Shown here piece by piece: positions 1 to 11,574 of a stretch of DNA of 64,000 nt; position 1 is the first letter of the stretch, and each line of letters begins with the position of its first letter. The position numbers were made by a program, and so were the translations under genes. Source of the stretch: Terriglobia bacterium (lineage in GTDB: Bacteria; Acidobacteriota; Polarisedimenticolia; Polarisedimenticolales; JAIQFR01); assembly GCA_963790465.1 (NCBI GenBank), contig CAWBOP010000025.1, positions 40,913 through 104,912 on the forward strand, read 5' to 3'. The notes beneath the pieces are model-generated. The model made no database searches. It saw only the letters and a list, made by a program, of their open reading frames with translations, and was not told the origin of the DNA.

Positions 1-781
1 GCGGCCCGGCGTTCCCGCGACGCGCCGCCTCATCCTCGATCATCCGGAAGACGACGCGGGGCGCCTGATCGCGGCGATCGAGGGGATGCTCGGCCCGCTC
101 CTCGACGAGGTGGGCGAGAAGGGGAAGGCGCTCGCGGAGCTCAAGCTCTGCTTCCGGTTCGAGCGGCTCGGCGACCACGTCGAGAGCCTGAAGCCCGCGT
201 CGCCGACGCTCGGCGCCGCACGCCTCATGGAACTGGTGCGCCTCCGGCTCCAGGCGGTGCGGAAGCTCCCCGACCGGGTGGTCGAGGTGCTCCTCGCGGC
301 GGGAGAGACCGCGGCGGCGCCGCGGCGGGAGCGGCTCTTCCCCGAGACGGGCGGGCGCGATCTCGCCGCCGCGAACCGCGCCCTGGCGCGGGTGCGCGCC
401 CGGCTCGGCGACGACGCGGTGGTGCGGGCGCGGCCTCGCGACGCGCACCTCCCCGAGGAGAGCTTCGCGTGGGAGCGGCTCGAGACGCTCGCCGCCGCGA
501 CGCCGCGCCTCGCGGACGAGCCGCGCCTCGTCCGCCGGATCCACGTGCGCCCGCGGCCGCTCCCGCCGCGCGAGCGGCACGAGCCCGACGGCTGGATGCT
601 CCGCGGCCTCGAGCAGGGCCCCGTCGTGCGCGCGCTGGGGCCGTACGTCGTCTCCGGCGGCTGGTGGGACCGCGTCGCGCACCGCGACTACCACTTCGCC
701 GAGACGAAGGACGGCGAGATCCTCTGGGTGTTCTTCGACCGCGCGGTGAGAAGGTGGTTCCTGCAGGGGAGGGTGGAGTGA
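1..781 (+). CDS. imuB: ImuB-like (Y-family polymerase-related) protein, C-terminal part; the 5' end lies upstream of the window
   Basis: Frame 2 is open from the window edge to the stop at 779-781. The tail GPYVVSGGWWDR..HRDYHFAETKDGEILWVFFDR resembles the conserved ImuB C-terminus. A dnaE2-type gene follows at 6622. Confidence 0.7.
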   Translation, partial: RPGVPATRRLILDHPEDDAGRLIAAIEGMLGPLLDEVGEKGKALAELKLCFRFERLGDHVESLKPASPTLGAARLMELVRLRLQAVRKLPDRVVEVLLAAGETAAAPRRERLFPETGGRDLAAANRALARVRARLGDDAVVRARPRDAHLPEESFAWERLETLAAATPRLADEPRLVRRIHVRPRPLPPRERHEPDGWMLRGLEQGPVVRALGPYVVSGGWWDRVAHRDYHFAETKDGEILWVFFDRAVRRWFLQGRVE

Positions 782-802
782 GGGATCCATGCGCGGGCCG
801 GG

Positions 803-1030
803 TTTCTAAGGTCACGAATTGTGACCTTGGAGACCGGCCAATAACTTCACCGGCAGCCTATCGGCCCATCGAGCATCGCACCGCGCTCGACGAGTCTTGG
901 GGCGCGGGTTTCCGAGGCGCAACGCATAAATTTCGAGGCTTTGAGATCACAGCTTATGATCTCAAACGCCGGGCATGGCGGCCGATGCTACGCGCCCTGG
1001 GCCTTCACGGAGCACGGCGCGGTTGACGCG
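803..1030 (+). pseudogene. ORF6N/KilA-N-like domain remnant(s), no intact ORF
   Basis: The fragments FLRSRIVTLETG (803-838) and LRSQLMISNAGHGGRCYAPWAFTEHGAV (941-1024) resemble the LRSQIVTS..GGRRYLPYAFTEHG core of ORF6N proteins. They are interrupted by stops, and local GC drops. Confidence 0.35.
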
Positions 1031-1356
1031 TACCCGGACTCCACGAAAGTGAAACAACTTGTTTCACGATTGCCACGAGGCCACCAGACGGTTACGGCAT
1101 CACGTACATCTCCGATCTGCGCGGGAGGGACGACAGGAGGGCGTAAAAAAAGGCAATGAAGCGTCGCAGCACCCCAAAGCCTCCAGAAAGAAGATGCCGC
1201 GAATCGGAGTGGATGGCAAGCGAGAATTTCCTTGGACCTAAAACTGTTGAAACGATGGAATTAATTACGTGCAGGTCGGATACTCGCGAAGGACTTGCCT
1301 CTGGGTTGGTGTCGCGGTGTCCTCGCCTTGACGCTGACGCGCACGCGGAGCAAGAC

Positions 1357-1908
1357 GTGAACAAAGTCTTCATCGGCGGCTCGCGCGAGATCAGCCGCCT
1401 GACGGATGCCGTGCAAGACCGGCTCCGGCGGATCGTCGCCAAGGGCCTACCGATCCTGATCGGCGACGCGAACGGCGCTGACAAGGCGGTCCAGCGCTTC
1501 CTCAACGACAAGGAATATCGGAACGTCGAAGTCTTCTGCGCCGCGGACGCCTGCCGCAACAACCTCGGGGGCTGGCCCCTGCGGCCGGTCCGACCCGCGT
1601 CGGCGAGAAGGGACTTCAATTTCTTCTCGGCGAAGGACCGGAAGATGGCCGAAGAAGCGGACTTCGGCCTCATGATCTGGGATGGAAAAAGCATCGGCAC
1701 GCTCATGAACGTCTATCGTCTCGCGACCCAACGGAAACCGGTCGTCGTCTACGCGACGGGTCGGACTCCGCCGATCGAGATCCGAACCAACGCCGACTTC
1801 AACCTCCTGTTGTCCCGATCCGAGGAAGACGTGAGGGGTAGAGCGGTGCGGCAGATCGAGGAAGAGGGCGGCCACACGAAAGACGAGCGACAGGCCGGGC
1901 TCTTTTGA
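1357..1908 (+). CDS. SLOG/DprA-LOG-like Rossmann-fold protein (hypothetical)
   Basis: The ORF is 1156-1908. The likely start is GTG 1357, preceded by GGAG. The pattern FIGGSREI...ILIGDANGADKAVQRFL...FGLMIWDGKSIGT is typical of SLOG-type nucleotide-binding domains. The family assignment was made by eye only. Confidence 0.5.
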   Translation: MNKVFIGGSREISRLTDAVQDRLRRIVAKGLPILIGDANGADKAVQRFLNDKEYRNVEVFCAADACRNNLGGWPLRPVRPASARRDFNFFSAKDRKMAEEADFGLMIWDGKSIGTLMNVYRLATQRKPVVVYATGRTPPIEIRTNADFNLLLSRSEEDVRGRAVRQIEEEGGHTKDERQAGLF

Positions 1909-1954
1909 CGGGCCTGTTGACGCTGGGCCTGCCGCCCAGCCTGGGATTTGTGAC

Positions 1955-2566
1955 ATGAAAACGAAAGGCCTCGCCTATCAGTTCCGAATCGCGTTGAGGG
2001 AGATCGAGCCCGAGGCGTGGCGCCGGATCGTCGTCCCCGCGCGCTACAGCTTCTGGGATCTGCACGTTGCCATCCAGGACTCGATGGGATGGCTCGACTA
2101 TCACCTCCACACGTTTCGAGTCCGGAACCCGGTCACCGGCGACATGGACCAGATCGGGATCCCCGACGATGACGCATTCGAGGGGGACGAGCCGTGGCTG
2201 CCGGGCTGGGAGATCCCGATGGCAGCCTACTTCCAGCAGCCCGGTGATCGCGCCGACTACGACTACGACTTCGGTGACGGATGGGAGCACGACGTCGTCC
2301 TGGAACAGATCGTGAGCCGGATTGTGGGGAAGAAGTACCCGATCTGCCTCGACGGCGCGCGAGCTTGTCCGCCCGAGGATTGCGGCGGCGTTCCCGGCTA
2401 CGAGGAGATGTTGCAGGTGCTCCGCGACCCGTCGCACGAGGAGCACGAGAACATCCTGACGTGGGTCGGCGGCCGGTACGACCCCGCCGCGTTCGATCCG
2501 AAGAAGGTGCGGTTCGAGAGTCCGAGGAAGCGGTGGAGGATTGCGTTCGAGGGGGAGGGATCGTGA
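1955..2566 (+). CDS. plasmid pRiA4b ORF-3-like protein (PRiA4_ORF3 family)
   Basis: Family hallmarks are present: YQFRIALREIEPEAWRRIVVP..FWDLHVAIQDSMGW.DYHLH.F, YDYDFGDGWEH, CPPEDCGG. Confidence 0.85.
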   Translation: MKTKGLAYQFRIALREIEPEAWRRIVVPARYSFWDLHVAIQDSMGWLDYHLHTFRVRNPVTGDMDQIGIPDDDAFEGDEPWLPGWEIPMAAYFQQPGDRADYDYDFGDGWEHDVVLEQIVSRIVGKKYPICLDGARACPPEDCGGVPGYEEMLQVLRDPSHEEHENILTWVGGRYDPAAFDPKKVRFESPRKRWRIAFEGEGS

Positions 2567-2659
2567 CCGCCACGGGGGTGATGGGGAAGATTGATCTGCA
2601 ACGAGCCCGGGACGAGAATGACTCGCGGCGGTCCATGAAAACCGGATACTGAGGCGGCC

Positions 2660-3818
2660 ATGACGCGCGTCGAGGTGAAACCCGAATTGCTCCGCTGGGC
2701 GCGCGAGCGCGCCGGGTTCGACGCTCGCCGACGCTCGCGCACCGCTTTCCGCAGCTTCCGGCATGGGAGCGAGGCGAGACGCATCCGACGCTCAAGCAAC
2801 TCGAGCAGCTTCGCCAAGGCCACGCACACGCCCGTCGGCTACCTCTTTCTTGCGGAGCCGCCCGTCGAGCGCGTTCCGATCCCGGATTTCCGCACGATCG
2901 GCAGTCGAGCACGTCGCGACGCCCGAGCCCGGACCTGCTCGACACGGTCTACATCTGCCAGCAACGCCAGGAGTGGTATCGCGACTTCGCGCGGTCCACG
3001 GGGGAGAAACCGCTCTCGTTCGTCGGCTCCGCTGGATCTGTCGGAGGACGTCGAGACGACCGCGGCGAGCATCCGGAGCGCGCTCGGGTTCGACGTCGAG
3101 GAGCGCCGCCAGATGCCGACCTGGACCGACGCGCTGCGCCGCTTCATCGAGCAGGCGGACGAGCTGGGCGTGCTCGTCATGGTGAGCGGCGTGGTCGGCA
3201 GCAACAACCGCCGCAAGCTCGATCCGGAGGAGTTCCGCGGCTTCGCCCTGTCCGACGACCTCGCGCCGCTCGTGTTCATCAACGGCGCGGACACCAAGGC
3301 CGCGCAGATGTTCACGCTGGCGCACGAGCTGGCCCATGTCTGGCTCGGCCAGTCGGCGCTCTCCGACGTCGGGCCGGTCTCCGTCGCCTCGCACACGAGG
3401 TCGAGCGTCTGGTGCAACCGGGTCGCCGCCGAGCTCCTGGTGCCGCTCGCCGCTCTGCGGGACGAGTATCAGCGGAGCAGCCGAGTTGCGCGCCGAAGTC
3501 GACCGCCTGGCGCGGCGCTTCAAGGTCAGCACGCTGGTCATCCTGCGGCGGATCCACGACGCCGGCGGGCTCACGCGGGAGCGAGCTCTGGCGAGGCGTA
3601 CGAGGCGGAGCTCGATCGGCTGCGCGCGATCCCGAAGAGGGAGCGGCGGCGACTTCTACCTGACGCTCGGCGCGCGCGCGAGCAAGCGGTTCGCCCGCGC
3701 CCTCGTGGTCAGCACCTTGGAGGGCCGATCGTCCTTCACGGAGGCGTTCCGGCTGCTCGGATTCAAGAAGATGGCGACGTTCCGCGAGCTCGGGCACAGC
3801 CTCGGGGTGGGCGTCTGA
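2660..3818 (+). pseudogene. ImmA/IrrE-family zinc metallopeptidase with N-terminal HTH-like region; reading frame broken at least 4 times
   Basis: Recognisable segments are MTRVEVKPELLRWARERAGFD, WERGETHPTLKQLEQL.AKATHTPVGYLFL, PDLLDTVYICQQRQEWYRDFA and the HEXXH motif FTLAHELAHVWLG. These are spread over three frames, and the C-terminus ends at 3818. Confidence 0.8.
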
Positions 3819-4312
3819 TGGCCTACCTGCTCGACGCCAACGTGTTCATCCGGGCCAAGAACCTGCACTACGGCCTCGACTTCTGTCCGGCGTTCTGGGA
3901 CTGGCTCATCGCCAACAACGCGGCCAGCGCGGTGTTCAGCATCGAGAAGGTCGGCGACGAGGTGCAGGCGGTCGCCGACGAGCTGTCGGAGTGGGCCGAG
4001 GCCCGCGGCGCCGGGTTCTTTCTCCGGCCCGACGCTGCAGTTTTCCCGCGCTGGCGGCGGTCAGCACCTGGGCCAGCGGGCAGCGTTACGAACCTGCCGC
4101 CGTGAGCACCTTTCTCCAGGTGGCCGACTACTACCTCGTGGCCCAGGCGCTCGCGGCACGGCACACGGTCGTCACGCACGAGGTTCCCGTCGGCCTCGAC
4201 GCGCAAGATCAAGATTCCCGACGCCTGCATCGGCCTCGGCATCAAGTGCATGACGCCGTACGAGATGCTCCGGCGCGAGCGGGCGCGGTTCGTTCTGGGG
4301 CCGCGACCATGA
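3818..4312 (+). pseudogene. DUF4411 PIN-like nuclease-fold protein (partner of ImmA/IrrE), 2 frame breaks
   Basis: The ATG overlaps the upstream stop. Segments MAYLLDANVFIRAKNLHYGLDFCPAFWDWL, then YEPAAVSTFLQVADYYLVAQALA..TVVTHEVP, then KIKIPDACIGLGIKCMTPYEMLRRE lie in three frames. Confidence 0.75.
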
Positions 4313-4542
4313 GCCGGACGAGCGAAGCCGCGTTCGAGACCGTGATCGAGGCCCACCTGCTCGCCAACGGCTATGGGAGGGTGGGCGGGGACGGCTTCGA
4401 CCGCAATCGAGCAATCTTCCCCGAAGTCGTTCTCGACTTCTGTGGCGGGACCCAGCCGAAGGAGTGGGCGAGGCGCCCGACGCCACGCGCACTGGGCATG
4501 CCGCCTGGTGCGGGATTCGCGACAAAATGCGTTAGCCGGTGA
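4309..4542 (+). pseudogene. hsdR: type I restriction enzyme R-subunit (HsdR) N-terminal stub
   Basis: MSRTSEAAFETVIEAHLLANGYGRV..FDRNRAIFPEVVLDF..TQPKEW matches the HsdR N-terminus. Only about 70 residues are recognisable before the frame degenerates and stops. Confidence 0.6.
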
Positions 4543-4556
4543 GGTATCGACCCGAA

Positions 4557-5223
4557 ATGCAGAGGAAACGTTTCGAGCTCTTGAGGGTCTCCGGTCAACC
4601 GGTTTCGGGTGCTGACCTGCTCGCCGATCTGCACCGCGTCGCGGCCAGACTTGGGAAGAACACCGTCGGCCAGAAGGAGTACTGTCGCGTCGGCAGGTAC
4701 GACGATTCGACAATGACGCGTCGCTTCGGATCGTGGAACGGCGCATTGAAGACTGCCGGCCTGACCGTATCCAACTGAGGTTGGGCTCGACGACGAAGAA
4801 CTGTTCGAGAACCTCCTCACGCTCTGGCAACACTACGGGCGGCAACCTAGACGACGCGAACTTGCGCTCCCACCTTCGCAAGTCTCGCAGTCGCCATATG
4901 TTCGACGGTTTCGGTCGTGGACCGCGGCGCTGGAGAATTTCGTTCAATACGCCAATGGCACGGACGCTGGAGGCGCGGCAACGACTGCGGCGCAGCCGTC
5001 AGCGGACGGATCGCGGCAGACATCCCGCGACCCATCTCTTCGCCTTCGCTTTCAGATCCTTCAGCGGGATCGATTCGCGTGCCGATCGTGTGGCGCGAGC
5101 CCCGCGATGCGAGCAGGGGTCGAACTTCACGTGGATCACGTCATACCCTGGAGTAAGGGCGGCCCCACGGTTTTCGAGCATCTCCAGACGCTATGCAACA
5201 AGTGCAATCTCGGAAAAGGTCTC
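4557..5223 (+). pseudogene. HEARO-repeat HNH endonuclease (one frame break near 4765-4780), no stop before the Mrr-like region
   Basis: There are two repeats ending in RRFGSWNGALKTAGL and RRFGSWTAALENF, followed by the HNH core CRSCG...LHVDHVIPWSKGGPT..HLQTLCNKCNLGKG. Confidence 0.7.
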
Positions 5224-6171
5224 ATGGCGGGGGAGCGGGCTATCGACCGTGAGCCCATTGGTCGGTCCCGCCCCCGGTTCACATGGGGCGTTGCCGTTTC
5301 CGGTCGGGGAAGTGAATCGACCAAGCACCGAGAAGAACACGAGGGCGCTCAGTTCCTCCGGTATTTCGGGCCGCTCTTGGATGCGCTCCGGAAACTGGGA
5401 GGGTCCGGCGCACCGACCGAGGTCGTTGAGCAGATCGCGCAGGACCTTGGGATCTCCGAAAAAGCGCGGACCGAGTTGTTCGACTCGGGAAACCCGAGAT
5501 TCCCCAATCAGGTTGCGTGGGCACGCTTCTACCTGACCCGCGAAGGCCTTCTCGACTCCTCGAAGCGTGGCGTGTGGAGCCTCACCGACAAGGGGCGCTC
5601 GACTCAACTGAACTCGCGCGAAGCACGCGCGATTTTTCAGAAGTGGGTCAAGGTCTTCGCAGAGGCACGAAGGAAGCGCAAGGAGAAAACGTCCGAAGCC
5701 GACGAACAGTTTTCGGAACAGGAGGCGCCAGCCGACGCGGGATTCCGGATCCGTCTCTCCGAGACTCTCCTTGGCCTTCCACCTGCTGGGTTTGAGCGCC
5801 TTTGCCAGCGTCTGTTGCGGGAATCTGGCTTCGTCCAGGTTGTCGTTACAGGCCGAAGTAACGATGGTGGAATCGACGGCTACGGGACCCTCCAGGTTAA
5901 CCCGCTTGTCAGCTTCAAGGTCCTCTTCCAGTGCAAACGGTTCCGCGACGCCGTTACTCCATCCCATGTGCGCGACTTCCGAGGCGCGATGCAAGGACGC
6001 GCAGACAAAGGCATCATCATCACCACTGGCGTCTTTACAAGCGAGGCTCGCAAGGAGGCTGCGCGCGATGGGGTCCCCCCAATCGAGTTGGTCGACGGTC
6101 AGAAGATGATCGACATGTTCGTGGAGCTTGAGCTGGGTCTCCAAGCCGATCACGACGTACGATGTCGATGA
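5224..6171 (+). CDS. mrr: Mrr-like restriction endonuclease (Mrr_N winged helix plus Mrr_cat), in frame with the upstream HNH region
   Basis: N-terminal region: LRYFGPLLDALRKLGGSG..NQVAWARFYLTREGLL..RGVWSLTDKG. Catalytic region: FERLCQRLLRESGF..VTGRSNDGGIDGYG..VLFQCKRF..GIIITTG. Start ATG 5224 is a guess, because the frame is open from 4765. Confidence 0.75.
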   Translation: MAGERAIDREPIGRSRPRFTWGVAVSGRGSESTKHREEHEGAQFLRYFGPLLDALRKLGGSGAPTEVVEQIAQDLGISEKARTELFDSGNPRFPNQVAWARFYLTREGLLDSSKRGVWSLTDKGRSTQLNSREARAIFQKWVKVFAEARRKRKEKTSEADEQFSEQEAPADAGFRIRLSETLLGLPPAGFERLCQRLLRESGFVQVVVTGRSNDGGIDGYGTLQVNPLVSFKVLFQCKRFRDAVTPSHVRDFRGAMQGRADKGIIITTGVFTSEARKEAARDGVPPIELVDGQKMIDMFVELELGLQADHDVRCR

Positions 6172-6298
6172 CGAATTCTTCAACGACTTTCGCTGACGTG
6201 TCGGCGGCAAATCACGCGATTCAGTCAGTGGTCTGGGTTGTCACGCCGAGTGCTGTTGCACGTGTCGTGCTAATCCATCTCGCAGCGGACCGAGGGCG

Positions 6299-6545
6299 TC
6301 AGGCGACTCCAGCGCGCTTTCCAGAAGGCTGAAGCACGAGCTTCACGCGGATTCCAAGGTGAGCCAGCATGTCGATGAGCGTATCGATGCTGAAGAGATC
6401 CAGCCGGCCTCGGACGAGGTCGCTGACGCGGGGTTGGGTGACCTAGGAGTTTCGCGATTTCCGCCTGCGTCAGCCGGCGGGCCGCGATGGCTTTCTGGAC
6501 GTTGATCATGAGGTCCGAGCGGACCCTGATTAGATAATCGGTCAT
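6299..6545 (-). pseudogene. XRE-family HTH protein (HigA-like antitoxin type) with a 1-nt frameshift
   Basis: MTDYLIRVRSDLMINVQKAIAARRLTQAEIAKLLG is followed, after a -1 shift, by VTQPRVSDLVRGRLDLFSIDTLIDMLAHLGIRVKLVLQP. Confidence 0.7.
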
Positions 6546-6621
6546 GGGTCAGGCCGTCGGTTCCGCCTGACAAGCCCATCTGCAGCCCTCGGCCTTAAGG
6601 TCTCGACGGCGGAGCTGCGTC

Positions 6622-9983
<3,362 letters not shown>

Positions 9984-10131
9984 GGGGCATTTTCCGAGCC
10001 GACCGGGAGGCGCTCTCCGTGGCTCGCGGTCCCTCCGGCGCGGTTCCGCCGAAGCAGTCCCACCGACGCGGTCCCGGCGCCGGGGAGTAGACTGGGCCGC
10101 GCGGGAGGCAGCCGCTCGAGAAGGAGACAGC

Positions 10132-10548
10132 ATGTCGATGACGGATCCGCATCCACCCGAGGTGATGGAAGTGCTCCGCCGGCGAGGTCCGGGAACGCGC
10201 ATCGCGGTGGCGGGCGCGAGCGTCGACCCCGCCAAGTACGGGAACATCATCGTTCGCAACCTCAAGGACAAGGGGTACACCGTCCTGCCGGTGAACCCGC
10301 GCGAGGATCTGATCGAGGGGCTGCCGGTCGCCCACGCGCTCGCCGACCTCGTGAAGCCGGTGGACCTCCTCGTGGTGGTCACGCCGCCGCCGGTGACGCT
10401 GCGGCTGATGCGCGAGGCGGAGACGGCCGGATTCCCGGCGGTCTGGCTCCAGGACGGGAGCTTCGACGCCGCGGTCCTCAAAGCTGCCGCCGCGGCGCCG
10501 TTCAAGACGGTGCACCACGCCTGCGTCATGGTGGTCAGCAACTTCTGA
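10132..10548 (+). CDS. CoA-binding domain protein (YccU/YneT-like)
   Basis: IAVAGASVDPAKYGNIIVRNLKDKGYTVLPVNP...VVTPP is typical of the CoA_binding_2 family. An RBS (AAGGAGA) lies upstream. Confidence 0.8.
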   Translation: MSMTDPHPPEVMEVLRRRGPGTRIAVAGASVDPAKYGNIIVRNLKDKGYTVLPVNPREDLIEGLPVAHALADLVKPVDLLVVVTPPPVTLRLMREAETAGFPAVWLQDGSFDAAVLKAAAAAPFKTVHHACVMVVSNF

Positions 10549-10587
10549 GCGCCGCCGGAGAGATCCCCCGTTCGCGGTGCATCCCCG

Positions 10588-10593
10588 TATAAT
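10588..10593 (+). promoter_or_regulatory. TATAAT -10-like hexamer upstream of the sugar ABC operon
   Basis: A perfect TATAAT lies in an otherwise GC-rich spacer, 60 nt upstream of ATG 10654. No convincing -35 element is present. Confidence 0.25.
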
Positions 10594-10653
10594 CGGGCGC
10601 TCCGGGGCGTCGGGCCCGAGTGTTCGCGCCGGCGGTCCCGTTCAGGAGCGCCC

Positions 10654-11574
10654 ATGCCGTGTCGTCTCGCTTCGCGCCTGCTCGTCGCCGCGCTCTCGGC
10701 CACCTTCCTGTCCTGTGGCGGATCGGGGAGCGCACCCGAGGGCGCCAAGGTCGTCGGCGTCACGCTGCTCACACGAGCCCACCTGTTCTATCGAGACCTC
10801 GAGGCGGGACTCGAGGACGCGGCGAAGCAGAACGGCTACCGGCTGTTCGTGGCGTCGGCGGAATTCGATCTGGGGAAGCAGGCCTCGCAGATCGAGGACT
10901 TCGTCGCACGGAAGGTCGACGCGATCGTCGTGTGCCCCGTGGACTCGCGCGGCGTGGGACCTGCCATCCGGCGAGCGAACGAGGCCGGGATCCCGGTCTT
11001 CACGGCGGACATCGCGGCGCAGGAGGGAGAGGTGGTGTGCCACGTCGCCTCGGACAACGTCGCGGGGGGCCGGCTGGCGGGCGAGTACCTCGCGAAGCTC
11101 CTGAATGACGCCGGCAAGATCGCCATCGTGGACCAGCCGGCGATCACGTCGGTGCTGGACCGCGTACAGGGGTTCCGGGAGGCGGTCGGGAAGCACCCGG
11201 GCATGACGGTGGTGGCCGACGTGAACGGGCAAGGGGTTCGCGACCGGTCCTTCGAGGCGGCGGCCGACGTGCTCCAGGCGCATCCCGACCTCGACGGGAT
11301 CTTCGGGATCAACGACGACTCGGCTCTCGGCGCGCTCGACGCCGCGCGGCAGCTCGGCCGCGACCGGGTCGCGATCGTGGGGTACGACGCGACGCCGCCC
11401 GCGGTGGACGCGATCCGCAAGGGGACCCCGCTCAAGGCGGACGTGATCCAGTACCCGAGGAAGATCGGCGCCGCGACCGTCGAGGCGATCCGCCGGCATT
11501 TCGCCGGCGAGGCGATTCCCCGGACCGTTCCGGTGGAGGTCGGCATCGTGGACCGGGACTCGCTGAACCGATGA
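10654..11574 (+). CDS. sugar ABC transporter substrate-binding lipoprotein (RbsB/Peripla_BP_4-like)
   Basis: The lipobox is LSCGG. The fold signature matches ribose-binding proteins: VDAIVVCPVDS..., AGIPVFTAD, VASDNVAGG, VGYDATP. Confidence 0.85.
   Translation: MPCRLASRLLVAALSATFLSCGGSGSAPEGAKVVGVTLLTRAHLFYRDLEAGLEDAAKQNGYRLFVASAEFDLGKQASQIEDFVARKVDAIVVCPVDSRGVGPAIRRANEAGIPVFTADIAAQEGEVVCHVASDNVAGGRLAGEYLAKLLNDAGKIAIVDQPAITSVLDRVQGFREAVGKHPGMTVVADVNGQGVRDRSFEAAADVLQAHPDLDGIFGINDDSALGALDAARQLGRDRVAIVGYDATPPAVDAIRKGTPLKADVIQYPRKIGAATVEAIRRHFAGEAIPRTVPVEVGIVDRDSLNR

Noticed and set aside
807-6606. The 11-nt TAAGGTC(A/T)CGA at both island edges read as a bona fide att duplication.
   Set aside because: This is kept only as a weak note inside the island finding. 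The match is short, has one mismatch, and the left copy is part of a local palindrome, so chance similarity cannot be excluded without comparative data.
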